From assembly GCA_964016885.1 (NCBI GenBank), contig OZ024743.1, forward strand, positions 263,624,001-263,688,000: 64,000 bases of DNA, in the 5' to 3' direction. Below the pieces are notes generated by a model. The model saw nothing but the letters and a program-made list of their open reading frames with translations, ran no database searches and was not told the origin of the DNA. This document shows, piece by piece, positions 12,540 through 24,386 of this stretch (positions are counted from its first letter, which is position 1; every line of letters starts with the position of its first letter). The translations under genes and the position numbers were made by a program. This DNA is from Eledone cirrhosa. Taxonomy: Eukaryota.

Positions 12540-13398
12540 TTGTGTTGTAAGTGTTAGTGTTTATGTTGTGCCAATGGTGTGTTGCATGTATCAGTGATTG
12601 TGAGATATATGCCAATGTTGTGGTGTATGTGTCAGTGTTTGGTTATATGCTAAAATTGTGGTGTATGCGTCAGTGTTCTGGTGTGTATGACAGTGTTGCG
12701 GTGTATATAACAATAGTTGTGTTACGTGTCTCTGTGTTGGGCTGTATATATCAGTGTTATTGTATCTATGTCAGTGATGGGCTGTATGTGGAAGTGTTGG
12801 GACTGTATATGCCAGTGTTGTGGTGTATATATCAGTGTTATAGTATATGTGTCAGTGATGGGCTGTATGTGGAAGTGTTGGGACTATATGCCAGTGTTGT
12901 GGTGTATATGACAGTGTTGTTATGTATATATGTTAATAGTTGGGTTATATGTATCTGTTTTGGGCTGTATGTATCAGTGTCATGGTATATATGTCAGTTT
13001 TGAGCTGTATGTGGCAGTGTTGTGTTGTATATGTCAGTGTTGTGATGTATATGTCAGTGGTGGGCTGTATATGTCAGTGTTGTGGTTTATGTCTCAGTAT
13101 TATGTCGGTGGATTGGCAGTATCGGTAGAGGGTGGGACGCCATGCTTTCAAGCATAGTTACGTCCCTTTATGATCTGAGTTCAAATCCCGCCGAGGTTGA
13201 CTTTGCCTTTCATCCTTACGGGGTCGATAAAATAAAGTACCAGTAATGCACTGGATAATTGCTGGCCTTGTGCCTAAAGTAGAAACAAGTATTATGTATA
13301 TATCAGTGTTTCTGTTGTATATGTCAATGTTTCTGTTGTATGTGTCAGTGTTGTGCTGTATATGTCAGTGTTTCTGTTGTATATATCAGTGTTTGTAC
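12540..13398. repeat. Degenerate 20-bp minisatellite (TATATGTCAGTGTTGTGGTG-like), interrupted by a SINE
   Basis: 20-nt periodic TCAGTG motif. Confidence 0.85.
13107..13287 (+). mobile_element. tRNA-derived SINE with Deu/Nin-domain-like core and 10-bp TSD
   Basis: A-box-like TGGCAGTATCGG, B box GAGTTCAAATCCC, GCCTTTCATCCT..GGGGTCGATAAAATAAAGTACC; AGTATTATGT at 13096 and 13288. Confidence 0.85.
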
Positions 13399-15473
13399 TG
13401 TTTGAGAATGATCAAAACATTGTTAAATTGTAAATGAGAAAATGGCGAGATAGTTGGTGATGATTGAAGGATGTGCACGAAGATATGCGTGTGTTAGTAA
13501 ATGGTGGTGAATATATATGACGTTTTTAAGTGATGGTGATTATATGTGTGGAAGAGATATGCTGGAAGTATCTATATAAAGAGAACAAACCAATTCACCT
13601 AATAAGAAAGGAAAACATCACAAATAATTACAAGAAACAGCAAACAACATTATTATCATCAACAACAACAAAAACTTAACAACAACAACAAAGAACAAAA
13701 AGTATGGTGTGCTTAGATACAAGATAACAAATAAGACAGGCAATAATGAAAAGGAATGAACGATACTTATAATGAAAAGAAACAATTTGTGAAAGTTTAA
13801 TTAAAAAGTTAGTTAACAAGTTAAAGAATTGTTTTTTGTTTCGAAAAATCTGAAATGATTAAATAAAGAAAGATCAGAGAATACCGTGGGTGTAGTTTAT
13901 AGTAAATACAGGGTAGGGTTTACGGAAATGGCAGACACACATCAACGGCGTTTCGTTAAGAAATACTGAGCCAAAGATTTCATTAATATAAAATCTATAT
14001 TACAGAAAGAAACACATAACAAAACAGGGTGTACTGAGTAGTCACACAAGCTGCTAGAAACATCAGCGAAATCTTTCTCAAATCAGAACCTATAGTCATA
14101 ATAAAACGAAGGACATATCGTGCATTCTATTCCCCACTATACTGTATTTTCGCAATAGGAAAATGTTGGTATTGTCAGTTGAACTAGGTCGTCCATAGGT
14201 TGTTTCCTCAGTACAGGGCAATTACAATAACAACAACAATCACACACAGATGGGGACATTTCAGATCATTTTGTTATATATTAATATTAAATTGACCGAT
14301 ATTTCGTAAAACTAAGGACATGAAGGATGGTTCATGTACAATAAGAGTCATAACCTGACACGCTCTTACAGAAACTGCTCCTGTCTCAGACACTGCGGGA
14401 ACATTTCATTCAGATACCTTCAGCGTAAAACATAAATTCATACTTAAGAGAATGCTTCTATAATTCAAGTGTTAATCAAAAGAATTCAATTGATTAAAAT
14501 ACCCGGTGTAATGAAGAGACGAAAACATAAAGTAATTGATTCATGTTAATTAAATCTGGTTAAGGCAAAGGGAGGAAAGACACAGCAATTTGAATTAGTT
14601 AAAATTAGAATTTCTGATGCAATGTGGGGGTAAATATGAAAATAAATCAAGGAGTACTATAGATTTAATCTCAACAATGAGAAGCACGTTGACCATTCTA
14701 GACATGTTTTAGTATTATTGGAACTCCTCAGCAAAGTCTTGCCTTTTCAAAGCCTTGCAGAGTTTACATCAATAAAGATATGAAGATATAGGTTGTTTAC
14801 CTGCCCAGGCAAAAGAGCAAGGTATCTAAATAGATTTTGTTACTTCTGTATATATTTATTTATCAATTTATTTATTTACTATATTTATTTATCTATTAAG
14901 GAGGTGATTCGACAGTCATTCGAACGTCGGCTAGAATGCTTTGGGTTAATCGTTCTGGCGTTCTTCTCTCTGAGTTCAAACCCAATATCTTACTTTCTTA
15001 TCCTTGCATTTTTCTTTTCTTTTTTTTCTTTCTTTACCTCGTTTTTTTTTTTATTCACGAGACTATCGTTGCTATAAACAGCACAATACATTCTCCTAGT
15101 CGTGAACTCTATGTATACCTGTTATAGTTAATTGCTCACATTTATGGTTTTGTCTTGTCTTTTACACCACGGACAGCGCTTTGGTTTATATCAGATGCTG
15201 TGACCCCGGGTGGACCAGCAGTACTGTCGGTAGGGCTCTAAACTGCCAGAAGTCCACCTCGACGCTTGAATACCTTGGAATACTGTGTCTTTCGTTTGTC
15301 GTTCTATTAAAAAAAAAATTAAGATTTCCCCTTCAAAAACTTTTTTTTCGTTTTGCCTTGTTTCCGTTCGTTGTCTTCTCTTTGTACATTTTCCAAATTA
15401 TATATATATATACATACATACGCACACACTCACACACGCACACATACACATATACACACACATACATGTGTAT

Positions 15474-15546
<73 letters not shown>

Positions 15547-16019
15547 CACACACACACATATATATATTCCTTTCGGGTGTTACGTAAATCATCAACAAAT
15601 GCATTCCGTTGAAGCTTAGAGATGTGCAGCAACGAAGACGTTTTCGGGGAGATTCTGGATCAACTCATATTTCATATTTCATACTCATATTTAAGGCAGA
15701 GAAATATGAGTAAACTTTTAGGGATCCGTGGTTTGGCATAGCTACCAGAGAACATGCTAGTCTGGATTGCCTGAAGCTTACAAATGGCTAAATAATTAAA
15801 AGAAAAAAGAATATAAAACAAAAGAAAACCCCAATGAAATCGCTGTAGAAAGAGAGCAGAAGGCAGGATGTGTCTAGTAGTAATAAAAATACTGAACGAA
15901 TAACACAGCCTCTAAACTGACAGACAGCTGGCGAAAACCACACCAACGGGTAATATAAAAGAGCATGGCATGATCACAAATAAGTAGAACTTAATAATAG
16001 TTACCTTAATTTAATAATT

Positions 16020-16203
16020 GTTTCTACTTTAGGCACAAGGCCAGCAATTATCCAGTACATTACTGGTACTTTATTTTATCGACCCCGTAAGGATGAAAGG
16101 CAAAGTTAACCTCGGCGGGATTTGAACTCAGACTGTAAAGGGACGTAACTATGCTAGAAAGCATGGCGTCCGACCCTCTACCGGTACTGCCAATCCACCG
16201 CCT
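16020..16203 (-). mobile_element. SINE, same family
   Basis: Near-identical reverse complement of 13107-13287. Confidence 0.85.
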
Positions 16204-16574
16204 TAATTTGATAATGATCTCTCGTTCATTAATAAGTGTTTGACTCCGTTTATTGACATTTATGTTTCTTTTTCGCAAAAAGTAATGATAATAATAATGA
16301 AATGTTTATTTGTAATACTGTAACATTCTTTTGCGATTTGCAGACTGAAAGATGGTAAATTCCTAAATAGAGAGAATCAAACTATTTGAATATAGTAATT
16401 CCATCGTTATGAATACAATTTAAAAAAAAAAAAAATTTATGATTCTATGTCAAGTAATTTTAACAGTTTGTTGAAATAAAATTTGGAAACAGTGAAACAA
16501 GGATTTTTCTTAATTTCAAGTCAGTCAATGATAATAAATTTGTATTTTAAGTATTGAGATCATAATAATAATTG

Positions 16575-18920
16575 TTTCATTTATTGTCCACCAGGGTCGA
16601 AATATAGGGGACAGTACAGAGATCGGGTTTACAATAAAATCGAGTAAAAAAATACAATACCAAAAACATATAGAACGTATATTAAAATGTAAAATATAAA
16701 TAAATATAACAAAATAAATTGCCATATGGGGGAGAGGCAACCACCCAGGGGCAACTCAGGTATCCCATCAATCCTAAACCACCCGACGCTTCGAGGGGAC
16801 TCAGGAACAGCACCCACCTCAAATTAACCAGCTTATAGGCGCATGCTCACAATCGGCCCATTCACACGGACTATTCTCGCCACATTCATCCACCTCTTAA
16901 CAAATGTACTGAGCGACAGAAGATCTCTCACCGCCTTCACCTTCCTTTCCAAGTGAAACTTGAAAAAGTCGATGAGGGATTGGTCGAAGAGAAAAATGTC
17001 TGTCTTCAGTCCTTTCAACCTGGTCCACCACACAACCTCATTCGCTACCGTCACCAGACATAGGAAAATTGACTGCCCTTCGCGACTAAAAAAAGGCAGC
17101 GGGACGATCTTCACTATGGACTCGGTCGATACGAATCCGTTCTACACGCAACAACAGCTGTTCAACATAACTCCACAAGTCATCAATGCACGAACACTGG
17201 ACGAGTGCGTGCAGAACGGTTTCGTCACTCTGTGCGCATCTCGGGCAGGTTCGTCTGACAGCACTTCCGTGCCAGTAGTGTTAATCTCGAACCGACAGTA
17301 CCCCTCGGTAGCACTGCCAAGCGAGGGATTTCTGGAAGTTATCTACACTCCCTGGCTCGAAAATCTTCTGGAAGAGACTTGTCGGTTCAACTTGCTCGAT
17401 GCCCAGAGCCTCTCCGAGTGCGTCGTCGCATTTGGCCACCACTAAACTTCTATATAAATCAAGAGTGGAAATTTTACTGACCGCATTACTCACCTGGTAG
17501 AGGGCAGTGAGCGTCCGGTAACATTTCAGATGCCAAGCGCCAAGTCTCGGAGTCTTCTTGACCCAGCACTGCAGCTCAATCAAAGAGACGAGCTGTGGAA
17601 AGGCTGTCTCACAAACGGCGACCACACCTGTTTACTGTTTAGGCAGAATATCTGGAGATGCCGCAGCCTCAGCGCATGTTGTCGCAAAATGAACCACGAC
17701 ATGCCCAGATGTCCATGTGGATGATGCTGACAGCAGATAGACCGCCTCACCAAAGGAACATGTCCCCTCCACATGAATTTAAAGAAAAGCCACTAGAATT
17801 TAGCGAGGCGCAAACAGGGGCAAGGCACGACGGTCAGGCGGTAGTAGATGATGGACGCTTCTTCTTGGCCCATTTCTGGATGAGAGTGGCTACTGTGCTC
17901 GTAAACTCATCCCAATAAATTATCCACCTGGAAGTTTCGTCCGAACCAAACCCCAAGTCATTTTACCGGTTCATCCGTCCAGCGCCCGACGACGCTGTTG
18001 GACGACATGCACTTGCTTTCTCCAGGTGGTGAGCTGAAAACTCACCGACATTTCCGGGTTTAGCTTCCCTCTCGTCAACTTTTCAGATTACTCCAATTAG
18101 GTGCCGACCACCTCGATTTCCGAGGCGTCCGACACCATAACGGTAATGTCGTACGCATAAGCCGCCCCTGACCTTCCTCGTCCTGGTTCGGGTGGGATGC
18201 CCTGCAACAGCTCCAGTATCCACAGTAGAGGTTCGAGAGTCAATACGTGTAGCAGGAAGGGGAGATAGCACCCTTGACGGACCGATCGGGAAAACTGAAA
18301 CACTTCCGAAAGGTAGCCATTAACTTTGACCACCGAGCAGATGCCACTGTGCATTGCAGCGATTCAGTCTCTAAAGACGGGACCAAAGCTAGTTGTCTTG
18401 AGGACAGCCTCCAGCTATCAATGGTAGAACTTATCGAAAGCTGTTGATTGATCTAAATTGATCAGAGCCCACCGAAGTCAAGTTTAAACCCTACACTCTC
18501 TATGACGTATCGCCTGAGTTGGAGGTTGTCGTGTATAGACCTGGTTGTGATTGCGCAAGTTTGCGCTTCCTCTACCGAATCCTCGACGACAAGCGCCAAC
18601 TTCTTCGCTATATCCTTGGTCGAAATCCTAAACTCTGTGTTCAGCAGATCTATGAGCCTGAAGTTGTCTAACGTGTTCCTCTTGTTCTCGTTTTTCCTCA
18701 TCAGCGTCACTACACCCCGGATCAATTAACTGGGAATACTCCCATTCTGCTGGCAGTTATAGTAGAGCGCTTTGAGGAGGTCGGAGAACAAGTCTGGCAT
18801 ATCAACGTAAAGCTCTAAGAGCAGACCATGCAAACCAAATGACTTGCACCTCCTGCAGCCGAATAAGACGAATTTCGGCCGAAGTTATCAGTCTTTCGCA
18901 GCGCTCAGCATCGGCCGTCA
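16575..18920 (-). mobile_element. Decayed 5'-truncated Tx1/L1-clade LINE
   Basis: Fragmentary ORFs (FRLIDLLNTEF, RQGC, AYAYDIT, DNFQKSLAWQCYRG) homologous to ORF2 at 20932-24351. Confidence 0.9.
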
Positions 18921-18924
18921 AATA

Positions 18925-19770
18925 CAAAAACATACATTAAGGACAGCACAGGACGTTATAGGACGTTACCAATATGCGTTTCTCCTTAAATAGACAAAAA
19001 ACAAAATAAAAGGAAACTAAAAATAAAGATATAATAACAAATGGAAACAAAGGAAAAATCCCCAATAAGGGAGAGAGCATGGTCCCCCTGACCACTGGCC
19101 AAGCCCCCTCTCCCAGTTGTCCTCATACAATACTACAGACATAAACTCAGGACATGTCCATGCACGCGGGCCTTTCTTGCATCACTTACCCACCTTTCAA
19201 CAACCTGACTGAAAGGCAGCACTTCCTTCTCCACCCTGATTTTCCTTTTAGCTGAGACCTGAAAAACGTAAATGAGAGCGTCACCGACTAGGAAAGAGGC
19301 CATCTTCAATCCTTTCAGACAGATCCACCATACAACATCTTTCTTCATGGCCACCAGGCAGATAAAAACTGCTTGTCCTTCCTGGAGGGCGGCGGGGGAA
19401 TCCTCATGATGGTCTCAGCTGATAACCAGATCCGTCCTACACGCGACAGCAGATGTTCGACATAAATCCACAAGTCAGTGAGACTCAGACACAGGACGTG
19501 TGCGTGCAGGATGGGCTTGTCACCCCAAGCGCATCTATGACTGGCCCGGTTGACGGAACTTCCATGCCTGTAAAGTTTATCTCGAACTGTCAATGCTCCA
19601 CGGTAGCACTGCCAGGCCTGGGACTTCTGGAAGTTATCCATTGTCCCTGGACCCAAAGTACTCCCGAAGAGAATATCTAGTTGACTTTCATTGACACCCA
19701 GAGTTTTTCCTTCTTGGCTTGAACCTTGTCGTTCTTGGCTTTCACTAACCCTCTATAGAGAACAAAGGTG
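18925..19770 (-). mobile_element. Tx1/L1-clade LINE 3' fragment
   Basis: MDNFQKSQAWQCYRGAL..; 3' UTR similar to the full-length copy; 5' end abuts (AAT)n. Confidence 0.85.
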
Positions 19771-19786
19771 CAATAATAATAATAAT

Positions 19787-20127
19787 GTTTCTACTTTTGG
19801 CACAATTTCAGCGATTACCCCAGTGCATTACTGGTTCTTTATATTATCGACCCCGGAATGATGAAAGGCAAAGTTAACTTCGGTGGATTTGAACTCAGAA
19901 CGTAAAGGGCAATAACTGTATGCTGCAAAGCATAATAATAATTGTTTCTACTTTTGGCACAAGGCCAGCAGTTATCCCAGTGCATTACTGGTACTTTATT
20001 TTATCGACCCCGTAAGGATGAAAGGCAAAGTTAACCTTGGCGGGATTTGAACTCAGAACGTTAAGGGACGTAATTCTTCTGTAAAGCATGACGTCTGACC
20101 CTATATCGATACTTCCAATCCACCGCC
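19787..20127 (-). mobile_element. Two tandem SINEs (19787-19932 partial; 19944-20127)
   Basis: Same family core; separated and flanked by short (AAT)n. Confidence 0.85.
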
Positions 20128-20139
20128 GTAATAATAAGG

Positions 20140-20437
20140 CTTTCTTTATTAACCACAAGGGTTTACACAAAGTAAGACATTAAGGACAAAACAGGACAAT
20201 ACAGGACGGTACAAATGTCCATTTCTGAGTGTAAAAAAAAAAAAAACGGAGGATGTAACAAAAAAAGAACAATAAAAATTCCCCAATAGGGGGGGGGGGG
20301 AGACTTTCGAGGACCATCGTGGAGAAAGCCCATTAAAAAAGCCACGGTCACCCTGACCACCAGGGCAAATGCCCTCTCCCAGTTTTCCACCTTCAGTTTA
20401 CAGGCATACACTCAGAGTAGGCCCATTCAATCGGGCA
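20140..20437 (-). mobile_element. LINE 3' UTR fragment
   Basis: Similar to 20683-20972. Confidence 0.85.
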
Positions 20438-20449
20438 TAATAATTCTTT

Positions 20450-20634
20450 TTTCTACTTTTGGTACAAGGCCAGCAATTATCCCAGTGCATTACTGGTACT
20501 TTATTTCATCGATCCCGTAATGTTGAAAGGCAAAGTTAACCTCGGCGAGATTTGAACTCAGACCATAAAGGGCCGTAACTCTTTGCGTCAAAGCATGGCG
20601 TCCGACCCTCTACCGATATTGCCAATCCACCGCC
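20450..20634 (-). mobile_element. SINE, same family
   Basis: Family core; adjacent (AAT)n 20638-20681. Confidence 0.85.
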
Positions 20635-20636
20635 CT

Positions 20637-20683
<47 letters not shown>

Positions 20684-20931
20684 TTTCTTTATTAACCACA
20701 AGGGTTTACATAAAGTAGACATTAAGGACAGTGCAGGACAATGCAGGACGGTACAAATGGGCATTTCTGCGTGTAAAAAACAAAAACAGAGGATGTAACA
20801 AAAAATAACAATGAAAAATTCCCCAATAGGGGGGAGATTTCGGAGGGACATTTGTGGAGAAAGCCCAGTAAAAAGCCACAATGACCCTGACCACCAAGGC
20901 AAGTGCCCTCTCCCAGTTTTCCACCTTTAAT

Positions 20932-23900
20932 TTACAGATATATACTCAGAGTAGGCCCATTCACTCGGGCCATTCTTGCTTCTCTCACCCATCTTTCAAC
21001 AAAATGCTGGGAAGAGAGCACTTCCCTCTCTACTCTGATTTTCCTTTTCAAATGAAATTTTAAAAAGTCAATCAGAGCATCACCGAAGAGGTAAGTGCTC
21101 GTCTTCAGCCCTTTCAAAGGTGTCCACCATACTATCTCTTTCGCCATGGCCACCAGACAGATAAAAACTGCCTGCCCTTCCCGGCTAAAGGAGGAGGGCG
21201 GGGCAATCCTCACGATGGACCCAGATGATAGCTGGATCCGTCCTAAACACGACAGCAGGTGTTCGACATAAACCCACAAGTCAGCAATTTTCGGACACTG
21301 GACGAGTGCGTGCAGGACGGTTTCGTCGCCCTGCGCGCATCTCGGACATGCCCGGCTGACGGCACCTCCATGCCTGTAGAGTTTATCCCGAACTGGCAAG
21401 GCTCCTCGGTAGCACTGCCAGGCCAGAGATTTCTGGAAGTTGTCCATAGGCCCCGGCCCAAAAGTTCTTCCGAAGAGATTGGCTAGTTGATTTTCGTCGA
21501 CGCCTAGAGTTTCCCCAAGTACGTCGTCGCTCTTACCCTCCACTAATCCTCTATAGAACGCCGAGGTGGAGTTTCCACCGATCACATTGCCCGATTGGTC
21601 GAGGGCTGTGAGCGCCTGAAGACATTCCAGTCTCCAGGCGCTCCCTCTCGGTCTTCGCTTGACCCAGGACTGCAGCTCCGTCAAGGAAACGAGCTGGGGA
21701 AATACGCGCCTAGCAAACGGCGACCACACCTGATCACCGTCGAGGATGAGGTGGAGATGTCGTAGCCTGAGCGCGTGCCTGCGCATCATCAGCCAAGGCA
21801 TGCCCAGCCCTCCACGTAGCGGGTGTTGACAACAGATGGACCGCCTGACCATCGGAGCACGTCCCTTCCACAAAAAGCGAAAGAGCAAACGCTCCAGCGC
21901 AGTCAGACGAGGCTTAGGACAAGGTACGACGGTCAGGCGGTAGCAGATGACAGACGCGATGTACGCGTTAGCCACCTCCGCTCGACCTTTCAGGGATAGC
22001 TTCCTCTCCGCCCATTTCTGGGTGAGAGAAGCCACGCTGCTCGTCACCTCGTCCCAGTTTTTGTCCGTCTGGAGGTCCGGACCGAACCAGACCCCTAGTA
22101 ATTTAACCGGTCCGTCCGTCCAGCGTCCGACGATGCTGTTGGACGGCATGGACCTGCCTCTCCAGGTGCCGATCTGCAGGCCCACTGACTTTTCCTGGTT
22201 GATCATTGCTCCTGTCACCGCTTCGTATTCTCTTAGTGTAGTGCCGATCGCCTCGATGTGTTTGGCGTTCGACACCACTACGGTGACATCGTCCGCATAT
22301 GCTGACACGGATCTTCCGCATCCTAGTTCGCGCGGGACTCCCCTCAACGTCTCCAGTTTGTGCAGTAATGGCTCGAGAGTCAATACGTACAAGAGGGACG
22401 AGAGGGGATATCCTTGGCGGACCGAGCGCATGATGTTGAACGGTTCCGACAGGTGACCGTTCACTCTCACCACAGAGCAGATGTCGCTGTGCATGGCAGC
22501 GATCCAGCCTCTGAAGACGGGCCCAAAGCCAGCCGCCCTCAGGACTCCCGCTAGGTAACGATGGTCGACCCTATCGAAAGCTTTCGACTGATCTAAATTG
22601 ATCAAGGACCCACCCGTGCCAGGTTCCTTAGCTACCCTCTCTACGATGTATCGCATGAGGTGGAGGTTGTCGTGGATGGATCTGTCGGGAATGGCGCATG
22701 TCTGCGCCTCTCCCACCAGACCACCAACGACAAGCGCCAACCTCTTTGCTAGCACCTTGGCCAAAATCTTGAACTCTGTGTTTAGCAGAGTTATGGGCCG
22801 GAAATTGTCTATGTTATCCCCCTTGTTCGGATCCTTTCTCAGCAGTGCCACCGCTCCTCGGCTCACAGAACTGGGAATTCTCCCGTTCTGTTGCCAGTTG
22901 CAGTAGACGTCCGCCAAGAGGCCTCCGAACAAGTCTGGCATCTGTACGTAAAGTTCATAGGGCAGACCATCCAAACCAGGCGATTTACCCCTTGTGCAGC
23001 CAGTCATTGCCTCCCTTACTTCAGGGGCTGTTATCGGCTTTTCGCAACACTTCGCCTCAGTGGCCGAGAGCCGCGGCAGTCCGTCGAGGTAGACACTGAA
23101 GTCCATCCCTCTACCCGGCCCACCGCTGCCCCCGAACAGCTGAGCGAAGTGTCGCTGAAAAGCTTCACACATTTGCCCGGGATCGAGTAGCATGCGCCCG
23201 TCGTGGTCCACCAAAGACCGGATCGTGGCTTTGTTGCCACGACGCGCCTCCGCCACTCGGGCCCATTGAACGGCTTTCGTCCCCTCGTGTCTGAGAGCAC
23301 GCACCCTTGCTCTGACAACGCAGCCTTCGTGCTTTGCATTGAAGAATTGGTCAAGGGCCAATTTCGCCGCAAGCACGTCGGTCGCAATGCCTTTGCTAAG
23401 CGCCTCGTCTAACTTTCTAACTAGTTCTCCCTCTGCTCTATTTTTCTCTATTGCTAAAGCCTTACTAAACCTAATCGATTCTATTCTAATCGCTCTTTTC
23501 AGAGCAAACCACCACTTGTTGTTGACGATGGCCCCCGTCAACGCCCGCTTAACTAGTTCGCTAATCCGGTCTCTGTAGGCCTTGCGCGCTGGTAAGGACG
23601 CGTTTAGCTTCCAGTAGCCGGGTCCTCGTCTATGAAGCCTATCTAAGTCAAGCACACAGATCCCGAATTTGTGGTCCGTGTAGCTGACTATCTTGAATTG
23701 TGGACAGCCTATGCTAGACCTATCTATTTCCCTACAAAATACTCTATCTAGATATGATCTGGATGACCCTATGCGGTTTGTCCAAGTCCACATTGGCACA
23801 TTCGGGAAATCCAATCGGTACCTGTCAGACAGTTCAAAACGCCTGAGCAGGTTGGTGAGGCTCTTGCACCCTCCACCCCTATCCGCTAATCCCACACAGT

Positions 23901-24351
23901 CCCAGCGTGCATCTAAGATCCCGTTCCAGTCGCCCACTAACACTAAAGAGCGGGACGTTCCAAGAAAGGTCTCCAGACGCCGGAAGAAATCAGGCCGCCC
24001 TGCTCCTGTCGGGGCATAGACGGCCACTAGCCTGAAAACTTGCCCGTCTCCGCTGGTCACGTCCAGCACCATCAGCTTACCCTCTGGGTCCAGGAAGATG
24101 GCCCGTACGGCGAGATCCAAACCTCTCCGAAAAAGCACAGCAACTCCTCCACCCGATCCAGGACGGCTGGGAGATGCGTACACATCGTAGCCGCCGAAGA
24201 TCGGTGCGAAGGCCCGTGCTTCGGAGATTCTGGTCTCGCTGATGGCCACTACATCTATGTTTAGTGACCTGAGGTCGTTGAGCAGGTGACCCTGCTTCCA
24301 TGACGACCCCAAGCCACGCGCATTTATGCTGCCTATTCTGAGTGAGGTCAT
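20932..24351 (-). CDS. LINE ORF2: APE endonuclease + reverse transcriptase + C-terminal CCHC finger (1139 aa)
   Basis: SINARG, ISET, VYAP, GDWN, YLDR, TDH; SPGLDG, RPITLLN, KAFDRV, RQG, YADD; CPRCAQGDETVLHALVQC. Confidence 0.95.
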   Translation of the reverse strand: MTSLRIGSINARGLGSSWKQGHLLNDLRSLNIDVVAISETRISEARAFAPIFGGYDVYASPSRPGSGGGVAVLFRRGLDLAVRAIFLDPEGKLMVLDVTSGDGQVFRLVAVYAPTGAGRPDFFRRLETFLGTSRSLVLVGDWNGILDARWDCVGLADRGGGCKSLTNLLRRFELSDRYRLDFPNVPMWTWTNRIGSSRSYLDRVFCREIDRSSIGCPQFKIVSYTDHKFGICVLDLDRLHRRGPGYWKLNASLPARKAYRDRISELVKRALTGAIVNNKWWFALKRAIRIESIRFSKALAIEKNRAEGELVRKLDEALSKGIATDVLAAKLALDQFFNAKHEGCVVRARVRALRHEGTKAVQWARVAEARRGNKATIRSLVDHDGRMLLDPGQMCEAFQRHFAQLFGGSGGPGRGMDFSVYLDGLPRLSATEAKCCEKPITAPEVREAMTGCTRGKSPGLDGLPYELYVQMPDLFGGLLADVYCNWQQNGRIPSSVSRGAVALLRKDPNKGDNIDNFRPITLLNTEFKILAKVLAKRLALVVGGLVGEAQTCAIPDRSIHDNLHLMRYIVERVAKEPGTGGSLINLDQSKAFDRVDHRYLAGVLRAAGFGPVFRGWIAAMHSDICSVVRVNGHLSEPFNIMRSVRQGYPLSSLLYVLTLEPLLHKLETLRGVPRELGCGRSVSAYADDVTVVVSNAKHIEAIGTTLREYEAVTGAMINQEKSVGLQIGTWRGRSMPSNSIVGRWTDGPVKLLGVWFGPDLQTDKNWDEVTSSVASLTQKWAERKLSLKGRAEVANAYIASVICYRLTVVPCPKPRLTALERLLFRFLWKGRAPMVRRSICCQHPLRGGLGMPWLMMRRHALRLRHLHLILDGDQVWSPFARRVFPQLVSLTELQSWVKRRPRGSAWRLECLQALTALDQSGNVIGGNSTSAFYRGLVEGKSDDVLGETLGVDENQLANLFGRTFGPGPMDNFQKSLAWQCYRGALPVRDKLYRHGGAVSRACPRCAQGDETVLHALVQCPKIADLWVYVEHLLSCLGRIQLSSGSIVRIAPPSSFSREGQAVFICLVAMAKEIVWWTPLKGLKTSTYLFGDALIDFLKFHLKRKIRVEREVLSSQHFVERWVREARMARVNGPTLSIYL

Positions 24352-24386
24352 GTTTAAAATAGAGTGGAAAAGATGGGAAAGACCAC

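Noticed and set aside
13107-13195. tRNA genes at SINE heads
   Set aside because: A/B boxes present but no full cloverleaf; always fused to the SINE core
12540-13398. CRISPR-like array
   Set aside because: Contiguous degenerate 20-mer without unique spacers; eukaryotic context, no cas genes
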